A stretch of DNA of 64,000 nucleotides from Azolla caroliniana. Its lineage: Eukaryota > Plantae > Polypodiophyta. How positions within the stretch are numbered: position 1 is the stretch's first letter; each line of letters starts with the position of its first letter. This document shows positions 35,560 to 46,965 of the stretch, one piece after another. A program made the translations under genes and the position numbers. Location of the stretch: assembly GCA_043228905.1 (NCBI GenBank), contig JBHGNT010000010.1, forward strand, positions 9,238,001 through 9,302,000. The letters are read 5' to 3'. The notes below the pieces were generated by a model, which ran no database searches, had not been told where the DNA came from, and was given only the letters and a program-made list of their open reading frames with translations.

Positions 35560-37193
35560 TGTGTGAAAAACACTACTTACAATGGGTGTCACAATGGAGT
35601 ATGGTCACCCACTAACTACATTACATGGGTAGTGAAACATGTTGAATTGCTAGGCAAGACAAACACTCCATTGAGGAAAGAATTTCCACTTACTCCAATA
35701 AAGAAAATTGCCACATTAGTACTCCCTTCAACTTTCGTATATATGCTTTTACTCCATGCCTACCATCAAATACAAAAGCATTGCGCATATCCCAATTATG
35801 ACGCAATCCCCAATATATGAGAAATAGGAAAATGATCTCCACCTTTGATTTTGGGTAAACCTGTGTAAATTGTACAAACACCCACTGTTTAGGTGTCAAA
35901 TTACACCATGATAAAACTTGCCAAAATTGAGGAATATAACTTCAAATTTGACAAGCAATTGGACATTGTATAAACCGATGAGTACTATCTTCCATTTGAG
36001 TAGTGCAAAAGAAACAATTACCCATTGCTAGTCCACGACGCTTTAGAGCTAATCCTAGAGGCAATCCTCCAATCAAAACTCTCCAAATGAAAACCTTTGC
36101 TACAAGTGGCAATGTAGAATGTGAACTACATTTTAAGATCTGCCACCACCCATGATTAGATTTGTGTATTTTCCATTCTTCTTTAGCCTTAGATGATAGC
36201 CATCTAAGAGACTCAATGGAGCAATGGTACAAAAGATTAGTAGTCACTTGTAACAACGACGTCCGATCCCGTAAATACCAATCAATCCACGGTTATTCTC
36301 CTATTTGTAGAGGTAAAGGACCTTGGATCAATGCAATATTTTGTAGTTGTTGCTAGATAAACCCATAATTAGGCGGGATGTGTAATAATTGTCACTTCGA
36401 CAAACTCCAAAATTCTTTGAGATGGAGCCTCAACTATATCTCCCACCTCTTTGATCCCCAAACAAAACAAACGATTAAATTGAGAACTTATCCCTTAACT
36501 TACTAGATATCCATTCAATCAATTGACTATTTGTAACATTCATTCCCAATGGATACCCCAAGTGTCGATAAATAGAGCATTCTTCACCACGGATCCTTGT
36601 CATCCTAAACATTCCAAATTGCTTTCAGTACATGATATGAGACTAGACTTCCTCCAATTAATAAGTAATCCGGAAGCCAATGCAAATTGGTTCCACACAA
36701 GCATCCACTTCTCAAGATTCTCTCGTGAGGCTTGTAGAAATATGAAAGAATCATCTGCCAAAGCTTGTGCTACTAGTTGCCCTCCGGACGGAAGGTGTAG
36801 ACCTAGAATGTCACCATTTGTTGCAAGCCTTGATAACATCACTAACAATGGATGAGTAATAATAGCAAATAACAATGGGCTAAGTGAGCATCCTTGACGA
36901 ACAAATCTTGTGAGGGCAATATCTGATGTAACTCCCTCTTGTGAGAATCATCTGCCAAAGCTTGTGCTACTAGTTGCCCTCCAGACGGAAGGTGTAGACC
37001 CACAATGTCACCATTTGTTGCAAGCCTTGATAACATCACTAACAATGGATGAGTAACAATAGCAAATAACAATGGGCTAAGTGGGCATCCTTGACGAACA
37101 TATCTTGTGAGGGCAATATCTGATGTAACTCTCCCATTAAGCATTACTTGAGACACCACATCTTGTCTTAATAAAAATATGAGGCGAGACATA
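35560..37193 (-). mobile_element. Decayed LINE ORF2 fragment (RT plus zf-RVT), copy 1
   Basis: VRQGCPLSPLLF, ALADDSFIF, SGLLINWRKS, KVFIWR...LP...CFFC...EDSTHRFIQC; left boundary approximate. Confidence 0.87.
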
Positions 37194-37322
37194 ATATTCT
37201 AGAAGACGAAGATCGGCTCACGCACATGTTTGAAGAAACCCTAATTACGACAAGGCTTAGTGGGCCTCAAGAGCCTCCGAGCGATCAAAGCATATCTCGG
37301 CTGAGTCCGAAGCTAAACAAAG

Positions 37323-38012
37323 TGTCGAGAATCACCGCTTGGATTCACCTTCACCACTCGGCCACAACCGAGTAATCGCGGATCAATGTAGCAGAAAATA
37401 GGAAATACAGAGAAAGACGCGATACACAGAGATTATCGTGGAAAACCCTATACGGGAAAAACCACGGGAGTGCGAGACTCCAAACCAAACTATGCACAGA
37501 GAAATATACAATGGCGAGCTGCAAGGCGACAACCTTGAGCTCGCTGTCCTCGCCACAAGCGGCGGAAATACACAGAGGCGTCTACCTCTTCCTCACTCGC
37601 TCTATCTCTCTCTCTCTCACGGCTGCTCCCTCTTCACATGAAAAATGAGCAACAACAAAACTGTTTGCCCTAAGTCATATTTATACATATATGACTTTCG
37701 GGCTATTTACAAATATAGCCTCAAGGGCTCTTAGCAAACATATTCACAGATATGTCCCTGCATCCGGATCTCTCTCCGGGTACATCCGTCATCCGGCTCC
37801 GTAGCCGGGGTCTTCATCATCCGGATCCGTATCCGGGTACTCTTCATCATCCGGATCCGTATCCGGGTACTCTTCATCATCCGGATCCGCATCCGGGTAC
37901 TCTTCATCCGGCTTCATGCCGGGTACTCTTCATCATCCGGTTCCGTAACCGCAACCGGGCTTGCCGTCATTCATCTCCGGACATCCCATCCGGAGGGACC
38001 GTAATCCCAACA
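37323..38012 (-). repeat. 3' LTR of element F
   Basis: Repeat of 42126-42815. Confidence 0.97.
37811..37940. repeat. 30-bp tandem repeat in U3 of element F (also 42614-42743)
   Basis: TCTTCATCATCCGGATCCGTATCCGGGTAC x3 plus partial copies. Confidence 0.92.
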
Positions 38013-38022
38013 AACTCCCCCT

Positions 38023-41000
38023 TCACTTCGGCATGGGATGTCTCTCCAATCCGATCCTCTTCCGGCATGCTTCCAGCTTGTCGGGTGTGAGCACCTTGGT
38101 CAGCATATCCGACCCGTTCTCGTCCGTGTGGACCTTCGTCAGCACGAACTCCTGGTCTTCTATCCTTTCCCGGATCCAGTGATATCTTCGCTGGATGTGC
38201 TTCGTCCGGGAGTGATAGGCCGCGTTCTTCGCAAGGTGGATGGCACTCTGACTGTCGCAGTAGAGTCGGTACTCCTCCTGCCGGATACCGAGCTCTCTAA
38301 TGAAGTCCTTCATCCATATTATTTCCTTGCCGGCTTCAACAGCCGCCATGTACTCCGCCTCCGTGGTTGACAACGCAACCGTCTTCTGCAGCCTCGACTG
38401 CCATGAAACAGCTCCCCCTGCATACGTCATCACATACCCTGATGTGGACCGGCTGGTATCTGCATCAGCCGACATATCCGAATCGGTGAAACCGTCGAGT
38501 TCGGGCTTACCGGAGCCGAATCGGAGGCACACGTTTGCCGTGCCCTTCAGGTATCGGAGTATCCACTTGACCGCGTTCCAGTGCTCTTTGCCGGGATTGC
38601 TCATGTACCGGCTCACCACTCCGACTGCGTATCCAATGTCTGGTCTTGTACACACCATTGCGTACATCAAGCTTCCGACAGCAGAGGCATAAGGTACTTT
38701 CATCATGTCCTCTTTCTCAGCCTTTGTCCTGGGGCTTTGCTTGCTGGACAGCTTGCAGTTTGCCGGGAGGGTTGATCCGACCGGTCTTGCTTCCGACATG
38801 TTGAACCGGTGAAGCACCTTTGTCACGTACTTCTCCTGTGACAACCACAACTGCTTCTTCTTCCGGTCCCGGATGATATGCATCCCTAGTATTTGCCTCG
38901 CCGGACCCAGGTCCTTCATTGAGAAGGTTCGGTGAAGCGCTTTCTTCAGCATCCGTATCTTGACCTGATCCCGTCCGACGATCAACATGTCGTCCACGTA
39001 CAGGAGGAGTATTAGAGAGTCTCCTCCTTCGAACTTCTTCACAAACACGCAGTGATCAGCCTGCGTTTTGTGGTACCCTTCGTCGGTCATGAAGGAGTCG
39101 AACTTCCGGTACCATTGCCGGGGAGCCTGCTTCAGTCCGTAAAGGCTCTTCTTCAACCGGCATACCAGGTGCTCCTTCCCTTTCTTCTCGAATCCTTCCG
39201 GCTGCTGCATGTAGATCTCTTCTTCGAGGTCACCGTGAAGGAATGCCGTCTTCACGTCCATCTGTTCTACCTCGAGGTCCATGCTTGCCGCAATGCTCAG
39301 CACCGTCCGGATGGAGGTCATCTTCACTACCGGGGCAAATATCTCGTCGAAGTCGACGCCCTTCTTCTGCTGGAACCCCTTCACCACGATCCTGGCTTTG
39401 TATCTCGGGGGGTTTCCGGCATCTCCCGGTTTCAGCTTGAACACCCACTTGTTACGGAGTGCCCGTTTTCCTTTCGGCAACTCCACAAGTTCATATGTGT
39501 GGTTCTCATGCAGGGAATCCATCTCGTCCTGCATGGCACTTAACCACCTGCGGCTCTGGGTGTCATGCTTTGCTTCTTCAAAGCTCTCCGGCTCCCCCTC
39601 GTCGGTTAGCAGCACGTGCTCTGGTTCCGGAAATCTCCGGGGGGCCCTTCTCTCTCTTAGAGGATATCTCCGTTCCGGAGCTTCAGTAACCGGTTCTTCC
39701 GATTCTTCTTCATCCGAATCCATTTCGGGATCGGGGCCGGTTCCGGTATCATTTTCATCTTCTTCGGCCGGTTCTGTTTCTTCACCGTCTTCGGCCGGGT
39801 CCTCGAGTGCTAACCGGTCCCTTGCCGGTCGGGACTGCTCCTCGTAGAGTTTATCCTCACCAGTCGACTTGGAGCTCTTCATCTTCTTCTCCGACTCCCA
39901 GTCGGCGAGTGTCTTGTTCTCCATAAAGACGATATCTCGACTCCTGAATATCTTCTTGTCGACCGGGTCCCATACTCGGTAGCCAAACTCGTCGTCGCCG
40001 TAACCGAGGAATATGCATGGCCGGGTCTTTGGATCTAACTTTCCTCTCCGGTCCTTTGCCACATGCACGTATGCGAGACACCCGAACACCTTCAGATGCC
40101 GGTAGGACACTTCCTTACCGGTCCACACTTTCTGCGGCGTGTCTCCGTCCAAAGGTACTGAGGGTGATCTGTTTATCACGTATGTCGCCGTCGACATTGC
40201 CTCAGCCCAAAACCCCTTGGGTAATTTCGCATGCGCCAGCATACTCCGGACCCTCTCCATTATGGTCCGGTTCATCCTCTCGGCCAGCCCGTTTAGTTCC
40301 GGCGTCTTCGGCACAGTAAACTCGAGCCGGATTCCCTTCGAGCGACAGTACTCCTGGAACTGCCCCCGGTATTCCCCTCCGTTATCCGCTCGTATCGCTT
40401 TCAGCTTCTTGCCGGATTCCCTTTCCACTCTCGCGTGGAGTTCTTTGAAGACGCACAACACTTGGTCCTTTGTCTTCAACGGTGCCGTCCACAGCTTCCG
40501 GCTATGATCATCGATGAATGTTACGAAGTACTGGGCTCCGCCATGTGACTTCGTCTCTACCTGACACACGTCAGTGTGCACCAACTCCAATGGTGCGCTA
40601 CGTCTCGTCGGTGGTCTTGAGTGGAAGGAGGTTCGGTTCTGCTTACCGGCCAGGCAATCGGTGCACTTCTCCAGGTGCACATGCTTCACTGGAATAAGGT
40701 TGTCTTCTGCAAGCCTCTTCATCCCCTTCTCACTCATGTGGCACAGTCTTTTGTGCCACAGCTCACCGGCAGTGTCGGCTGCCACATTCAGCTCTTCCGG
40801 ACATAGCCAGGCATTCATCAGGTACAGTGTGTTGACCTTCCGGGCCCGAGCCACTATCAAGCTCCCCTTGCTGAACTTCATGACACCGTTCCGGATGCTA
40901 CCCGTGTAGCCTTCATCATCTAGCCTCCCGGCCGAAATCAGGTTCAGTCGGACCTCCGGAACGTGTCGGACATTCTTCAGCAGCATTTTGCATCCGGTCG

Positions 41001-42096
41001 GGGTTGTCAACCACACATCTCCTATGCCGGCAATTCGGCACGTACCTTCGTTTCCCATCCGAACACAGCCATGCTCACCGGCTGTGTAGGATGAGAAGTA
41101 TCTTCTCTCCGGGGTCAGGTGGAACGATGCTCCGGAATCGACCACCCAGGTCGTCTCATCGCCGGCAATGTTTAGTTCACCTTCTTCGGTGATGAGCATA
41201 ATTTCTTCCTCACTTGCCGCGAGTGCCGTCGTTCCTTTCCGGTCCTGCCCTCGCCGATCCGAACCTCTCCGGTCCGTGGCTCCCCGGTATGCACCGTTTC
41301 TCTCCGGTGACTTCTTCGAATCGGTGTCGTCGGCTCCGTTGTCTTTTCGGTAATGCCGACAATTCTTTCGGAAGTGCCCCGGCTTCCCACAGTGGAAGCA
41401 TGTGGGCCTTCCTCTTGACTGCGACCGGGTCCCCGACTTCTCCCGTCTTTGCGGACTCCGGTTCCATTGTCTTCCCCGATCCGATTCGGTAAGCAGCGCC
41501 TTCGGGTCGGAGGCCGGTTCTTTATCTCTCCGACGCGCTTCTTCGTTCAAAATACTTGTCTTTACCGTTTGTAAGGACAGGTTGTCTTCGGTGCAGGAGG
41601 TGCTGAGAGTCACCACCAAGTTCTCCCAGCTATCCGGCAATGTACACATCAGGATGATGGCTTGCATTGCATCCTCCAACGGGAACTTGATCGCCGCAAG
41701 CTGATTCACGAATCCCATGAACGTGCTTACGTGTTCCACCATACTCTCGCCGTCCCGGTACTTGAGATTTACTATCTTCCTCATCAGGGAGGTCCGGTTC
41801 AACGCATTCTTCCTCTCATAGAGGCCCGACAGCTTCTTCCACATCTCGTATGCGTTGGTGTCGTTCGCCACATGTTGTAGGACGCTTACATCGACGTATT
41901 GTCGGATCGTCGCTACGGCTTTCCGGTTCAGGAGCTTCCACTCCGACTCAAGTACCCCTTTCGGTATTTCCGACCTGTCAATCGGTTCGTACAGGTCCCG
42001 AACAATCAGAAGATCCTCCATCTTGATCTTCCAGTCGGCGTAATTCTGTGCATTCAGCACCATCATCATCGGCTGCCCGCTGCCGCCGCCTTCCAT
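38023..42096 (-). CDS. Element F Gag-Pol polyprotein (1357 aa from the first ATG)
   Basis: CFHCGKPGHFRKNC, WVVDSGAS, WHKRLCH..CTDC, VHTDV/RADNGGEY/NGLAERMNR, LLLYVDDMLI, FTDSD, YCDSQSA, TKHI. Confidence 0.97.
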   Translation of the reverse strand: MEGGGSGQPMMMVLNAQNYADWKIKMEDLLIVRDLYEPIDRSEIPKGVLESEWKLLNRKAVATIRQYVDVSVLQHVANDTNAYEMWKKLSGLYERKNALNRTSLMRKIVNLKYRDGESMVEHVSTFMGFVNQLAAIKFPLEDAMQAIILMCTLPDSWENLVVTLSTSCTEDNLSLQTVKTSILNEEARRRDKEPASDPKALLTESDRGRQWNRSPQRREKSGTRSQSRGRPTCFHCGKPGHFRKNCRHYRKDNGADDTDSKKSPERNGAYRGATDRRGSDRRGQDRKGTTALAASEEEIMLITEEGELNIAGDETTWVVDSGASFHLTPERRYFSSYTAGEHGCVRMGNEGTCRIAGIGDVWLTTPTGCKMLLKNVRHVPEVRLNLISAGRLDDEGYTGSIRNGVMKFSKGSLIVARARKVNTLYLMNAWLCPEELNVAADTAGELWHKRLCHMSEKGMKRLAEDNLIPVKHVHLEKCTDCLAGKQNRTSFHSRPPTRRSAPLELVHTDVCQVETKSHGGAQYFVTFIDDHSRKLWTAPLKTKDQVLCVFKELHARVERESGKKLKAIRADNGGEYRGQFQEYCRSKGIRLEFTVPKTPELNGLAERMNRTIMERVRSMLAHAKLPKGFWAEAMSTATYVINRSPSVPLDGDTPQKVWTGKEVSYRHLKVFGCLAYVHVAKDRRGKLDPKTRPCIFLGYGDDEFGYRVWDPVDKKIFRSRDIVFMENKTLADWESEKKMKSSKSTGEDKLYEEQSRPARDRLALEDPAEDGEETEPAEEDENDTGTGPDPEMDSDEEESEEPVTEAPERRYPLRERRAPRRFPEPEHVLLTDEGEPESFEEAKHDTQSRRWLSAMQDEMDSLHENHTYELVELPKGKRALRNKWVFKLKPGDAGNPPRYKARIVVKGFQQKKGVDFDEIFAPVVKMTSIRTVLSIAASMDLEVEQMDVKTAFLHGDLEEEIYMQQPEGFEKKGKEHLVCRLKKSLYGLKQAPRQWYRKFDSFMTDEGYHKTQADHCVFVKKFEGGDSLILLLYVDDMLIVGRDQVKIRMLKKALHRTFSMKDLGPARQILGMHIIRDRKKKQLWLSQEKYVTKVLHRFNMSEARPVGSTLPANCKLSSKQSPRTKAEKEDMMKVPYASAVGSLMYAMVCTRPDIGYAVGVVSRYMSNPGKEHWNAVKWILRYLKGTANVCLRFGSGKPELDGFTDSDMSADADTSRSTSGYVMTYAGGAVSWQSRLQKTVALSTTEAEYMAAVEAGKEIIWMKDFIRELGIRQEEYRLYCDSQSAIHLAKNAAYHSRTKHIQRRYHWIRERIEDQEFVLTKVHTDENGSDMLTKVLTPDKLEACRKRIGLERHPMPK

Positions 42097-42125
42097 TTTC
42101 TGCAACAGTCGCTCTGATACCAGTT

Positions 42126-42815
42126 TGTCGAGAATCACCGCTTGGATTCACCTTCACCACTCGGCCACAACCGAGTAATCGCGGATCAATGTAGCAGAAA
42201 ATAGGAAATACAGAGAAAGACGCGATACACAGAGATTATCGTGGAAAACCCTATACGGGAAAAACCACGGGAGTGCGAGACTCCAAACCAAACTATGCAC
42301 AGAGAAATATACAATGGCGAGCTGCAAGGCGACAACCTTGAGCTCGCTGTCCTCGCCACAAGCGGCGGAAATACACAGAGGCGTCTACCTCTTCCTCACT
42401 CGCTCTATCTCTCTCTCTCTCACGGCTGCTCCCTCTTCACATGAAAAATGAGCAACAACAAAACTGTTTGCCCTAAGTCATATTTATACATATATGACTT
42501 TCGGGCTATTTACAAATATAGCCTCAAGGGCTCTTAGCAAACATATTCACAGATATGTCCCTGCATCCGGATCTCTCTCCGGGTACATCCGTCATCCGGC
42601 TCCGTAGCCGGGGTCTTCATCATCCGGATCCGTATCCGGGTACTCTTCATCATCCGGATCCGTATCCGGGTACTCTTCATCATCCGGATCCGCATCCGGG
42701 TACTCTTCATCCGGCTTCATGCCGGGTACTCTTCATCATCCGGTTCCGTAACCGCAACCGGGCTTGCCGTCATTCATCTCCGGACATCCCATCCGGAGGG
42801 ACCGTAATCCCAACA
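42126..42815 (-). repeat. 5' LTR of element F
   Basis: Repeat of 37323-38012. Confidence 0.97.
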
Positions 42816-44754
42816 CAAAGGGAAGGAGAAAATGCCAGAATATGAAGAATTGATGGACAATGAGTCAACTCACATTGAGTTTGAAGGCCTCGACATCTAG
42901 ACAAATGGAGTGAAGTAAGCCATTGTGGTTGCAAATGAAAAACTCTGTCGGTCCACCCAAGGAAAGAACCTTGTAAGTCGATACGGCTACGATGAGTACA
43001 TGGCCCGTACATGGCGTACCATTACGCCTTTATGATGAAGGTTGCAACTGTACGGGAGCCGGAAACCTTTTCCGAAGCCACCAAGGACCCGCAATGGGTC
43101 AACGTGATGAATGAAGAAATGCAAGCCTTATGCAAAAACGAGACATGGGATCTCGTTCCTCAGTCTCTGCACAAGAAAGCGATTGGATTCAGATGGATTT
43201 ACAAAGTGAAACACAATGCCGACGGCTCCGTAAATCGCTTCAAAACACGACTCGTAGCAAAAGGATACGCACAAACACATGGAGTCAATTACGAAGAGAA
43301 TTTTGCCCTGGTGGCAAAGATGACAACGGCGCAGACCGTGATCGCATTCGCAGCAAGGAAAGGGTGGCACCTCTAGCAAATGGATGTCAAGAATGCCTTT
43401 CTTCAAAGAGAATTGGAAGAGGATGTGTATATGGTACAATCACTCGGCTTTGAATTGTGTACTCATCCAAAAACCGTTGTCGTGAAGAAAACTGGCCATA
43501 GGCGGAGTCGGAGAAAAAGGCGCATGAACCGGCTCTTACATGGGTGGATGCGAGAATTGATATTTTGTACATAATTCATAATTAGGTCGGCTGATGTAAA
43601 TACTAGGCAGTACACATTTATTAGGGGATTTGTGCGTATCTCTGTCGAAAGGGACAGGGAATAAAGCAATTTGACTAGGGAAGAAGGGTCTCCCCTTGGG
43701 GAACTACTTAAGGAGGGAGAGAAGGAAGAAAAGGGATTGCGCGTTGGCGAGGACGAAGTGCTGCTGCAGAACCGAGGGCCGAGCTCTCTCTCCTCCGATC
43801 GTCGTTCTCTGTGGGTGTCGGGAGTTCACTACCTCTGCTTCGTGGACAGCCCGTGTGCTCCCCCCCCCCCCCCCCCTTAATTGTGCTTGGCATTCAAAAC
43901 TCACGCAGTATCTTCACCAAATTGGATTTCAAATGTTGAAATCAGACAACTCCCTGTACATCCGAAACAAGTCGAACAACCCGATAGTCATCATTCTATA
44001 CGTGGATGATTTGGTAATCGGAGGACTAAATCTAGCCGAAGTCAATACGGTGAAATCACTTCTATCAAACATATTTGACATGAAAGATATGCAGGAGTTC
44101 CATTACTTACTTGGCATGGAAGTAATTCAGACACCAGTCGGGATCCTGATCTCTCAACGACACTATGTTCTCAACTTACTCTATAAGTTCGGAATGACTG
44201 AGTGCAAACTTGTGTCTACTCCTCTTGATCGTAATCTCAAGCTCGATGTCGATTCCGGCACAGCCGAGTGTGAGCCAACTCAGTATTGCCAACTGATCGG
44301 CAACCTCATCTACCTAACCATCACACGACCTGACCTCAGCTATTCTGTCGGCCTACTTAGCCAATTCATGTAGAACCCACGAAATCTCCATCTCGATTAT
44401 GGTAAGAGGATACTTCGGTATGTCAGTGGTACGATGGATTAGGGCATTATGTACAAAGTTTAAAACACTTATTCTACTCGAAGGGTACACAGACGCGGAC
44501 TGGGCCGGATATAAGGATGATAGATGATCGACATCCAGATTCGTCTTCTCCCTCTGCAGCGGAGCGATCTCGTGGAGCAGCAAGAAGCAACCGGCAGTCA
44601 CACTGTCGAGCATGGATGATGAATACAGGGGCGCGATAGTCGTTGCCTGTGAAACCGTATAGCTGAAGCACGTCGTACTAAAGCGCGATAGTAAGTATAT
44701 GTGTATGTATGTATGTACGTACATATTTATGTATGTATGTATGTATGTTATGTC

Positions 44755-44799
<45 letters not shown>

Positions 44800-46965
44800 A
44801 TATGTATGCATGTGTGTATGTATGTATGCCTTACAAAATATTCCATCCATGGGACACTCACTCGCACTGATATGACCTCTTATAACCATATGAGACATCC
44901 TCTCTTGCTCCCCTACCTCTCGAATCCCTCTATGTTTGTTTTATCCCTTATATATTGATATGGGCTTTCTATTGGCAAGAAAGAACAATAAGGAAATACA
45001 ATATTGGAAATAGTTATAGGTGAGGCAGAAACGATGCAGCAGATAGGAAAAGAACAGGTCATGTATGGCGCGAGCAACGCAACCATAGAAACAGGTGATC
45101 CCAACACGAGTAGGAGGTCGATTACGGACCAACGTCTTACTTCATCGGTGGTTGGACTGCATACGCGAGCAGGGGAGTCCAGTGTACCCCCCCAATTTTC
45201 GCCTCATTTCAGTGATGAGACAGTCGACCTAGTGTTATTAGAGGAGGATTGAGTTGTAGTTTTGGGCGAGGTACAAAGGTTGGAAGTTTACTCCTTGGTA
45301 GTGCAAGTACAGGGTTTGAGATTAAATCGATCAGAACTTCGGCATACTTTATACACGACTTTCTTGGAGGAAGCGGATAAGATAATCGATATTCAATTCA
45401 TGTCTCGGGGATGTTACCATGTGGAATTTGCAAGCGAGGAGGCCGTCACAAGGCTACTAGCAATTAAGGAGGGGGGTGTGGAAGGTGCATGGGTATCTTT
45501 TCATAAATGGTCTCATAATGTTAAGGTAGATGACATATTGCAGGATCAGGAGTCTAATATGGTGTTTACGGCGGTATTCCTCAGATTAAGGAAGGAATGG
45601 AGGAATGTTCTTCCTCGTATTGGGACCTTGTTAGGTAAGGTCATTGCTACACATGAGGGACAGGTGGGTGGGGTACCTGCTGTTGGGTTGATTGCATCAA
45701 GATCTGTTCAGTTGCCGTCAACTATTGCTTTACCTAACTTACTTATAAATAAATCACCGGTTGTGCAAAAGGTTTATTATCAAGGTTTACCTAATCAATG
45801 TTTTGTGTGTCGACAGTTTGGTCATTTAGGTCAAGATTGTTAGAAGCATCGGCCGAATGTTGAAGCACATGCACCTACTCGACCGAATGTTAATAATGAG
45901 GGTTGGTCTACAGTTGCTGCTAAACATGTTTTTAAACCAACTAGTAAGTTGGTTAATCCAGTGTTATTACTTGAAGCTAACCCTTATCACTCTTTGCAGG
46001 AAACGGAAAAGGAGGTGGGGATTAGTAAAGTGGATGGTGGTTTTTCCTTCCCAGTTTTCACAAAGGAGCAACATAATTTGAAAGACACATTTTCGAAGGT
46101 ACAAGATGTAGAATCTATTTTTAAGGTTAATAATCAATTTAGTAACGATAAACAACTATTTTTAGATCAAGTACAACAAATTGATACATCTGTAGCTTTT
46201 GAAGAGTTTAAAAAGAAAAAAAAGTTACACATGCTGAGATGAATTGTGGCAATATAGTTGCTTTTACTACATTTGATAAGTCGTCTGATAGGGTTTCTAT
46301 TATAGATAAACATACGCCAATGCGTGCACATAAGTTGAATGGGAAAGACATTTGGTCAAATAAGAGACAATTACGGGCCTTGGAGGATGGAAGGAAGGGT
46401 AGAGACGTTGCACTTGCCGAAAGGAGAGTAGGACTGCAAAACACGAATGATGGATAGGTTAAATATTATTTCATGGAATGTACGGGGCTTGGGAGGCAAA
46501 CATTACCTTAGAGTGTTTTCCGTCGTTAGTTAAGGAAGTCTTTCATAGGTAGAATTGATGTTCTTCTTATTCAAGAGCATCATGTAAATGAACAAAGGAT
46601 ACAAAAATATGGAAATTTGTTGCCAGGCCAGTGGAGACAGTTTTGGGTGCCTACAACTGGGGATAATAATTTGAAGGCAGGACTTTGCATTGCAATAAAT
46701 GACATTTGGTGCCCTGCTTTCTTACATTACAAAGTCTTGACTTGTGGTAGAGGTCAATATGTAATTTTACAAATTGGTTTGAAAAAATGGGGTTTGTTGA
46801 ATATATATGCACCGAATCATACTAAAGATAGAACGATATTTTGGAAGAGCTTAATGGCACAATTACCGGTTGTTGACCATTGGCCAATTGCAGGTGATTT
46901 TAATATGTTGGAGGATGGGTGTGATAGGTTAGGAGACACATCACAAACAATATCTAGTTTAGAAT

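Larger units (their letters stand above)
32418..37193 (+). repeat. Segmental duplication, copy 1 (copy 2 = 44692-44977 plus 58636-62513)
   Basis: Colinear direct similarity; paired ORFs 32789/58701, 33110/59022, 36162/61675. Confidence 0.9.
37323..42815 (-). mobile_element. Element F: intact, very recent Tnt1/Tork-like Ty1/Copia
   Basis: 690-bp LTRs 37323-38012 and 42126-42815 with no difference seen; perfect TSD CAAAG; PBS TGGTATCAGAGC (iMet); PPT GAAGGGGGAG; single uninterrupted ORF. Confidence 0.98.
37194..44669 (+). mobile_element. Element G: decayed Copia IN-RT linker/RT/RH fragment, host of element F, truncated at both ends
   Basis: EPETFSEA, WIYKVK, FKTRLVAKG, MDVKNAFL, ILYVDDLVI, YTDADWAG, WSSKKQ; no LTRs. 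Confidence 0.85.

Noticed and set aside
38038-42043. Numerous antisense ORFs over Copia F (likewise over C and I)
   Set aside because: Expected shadow ORFs of GC-rich coding sequence.
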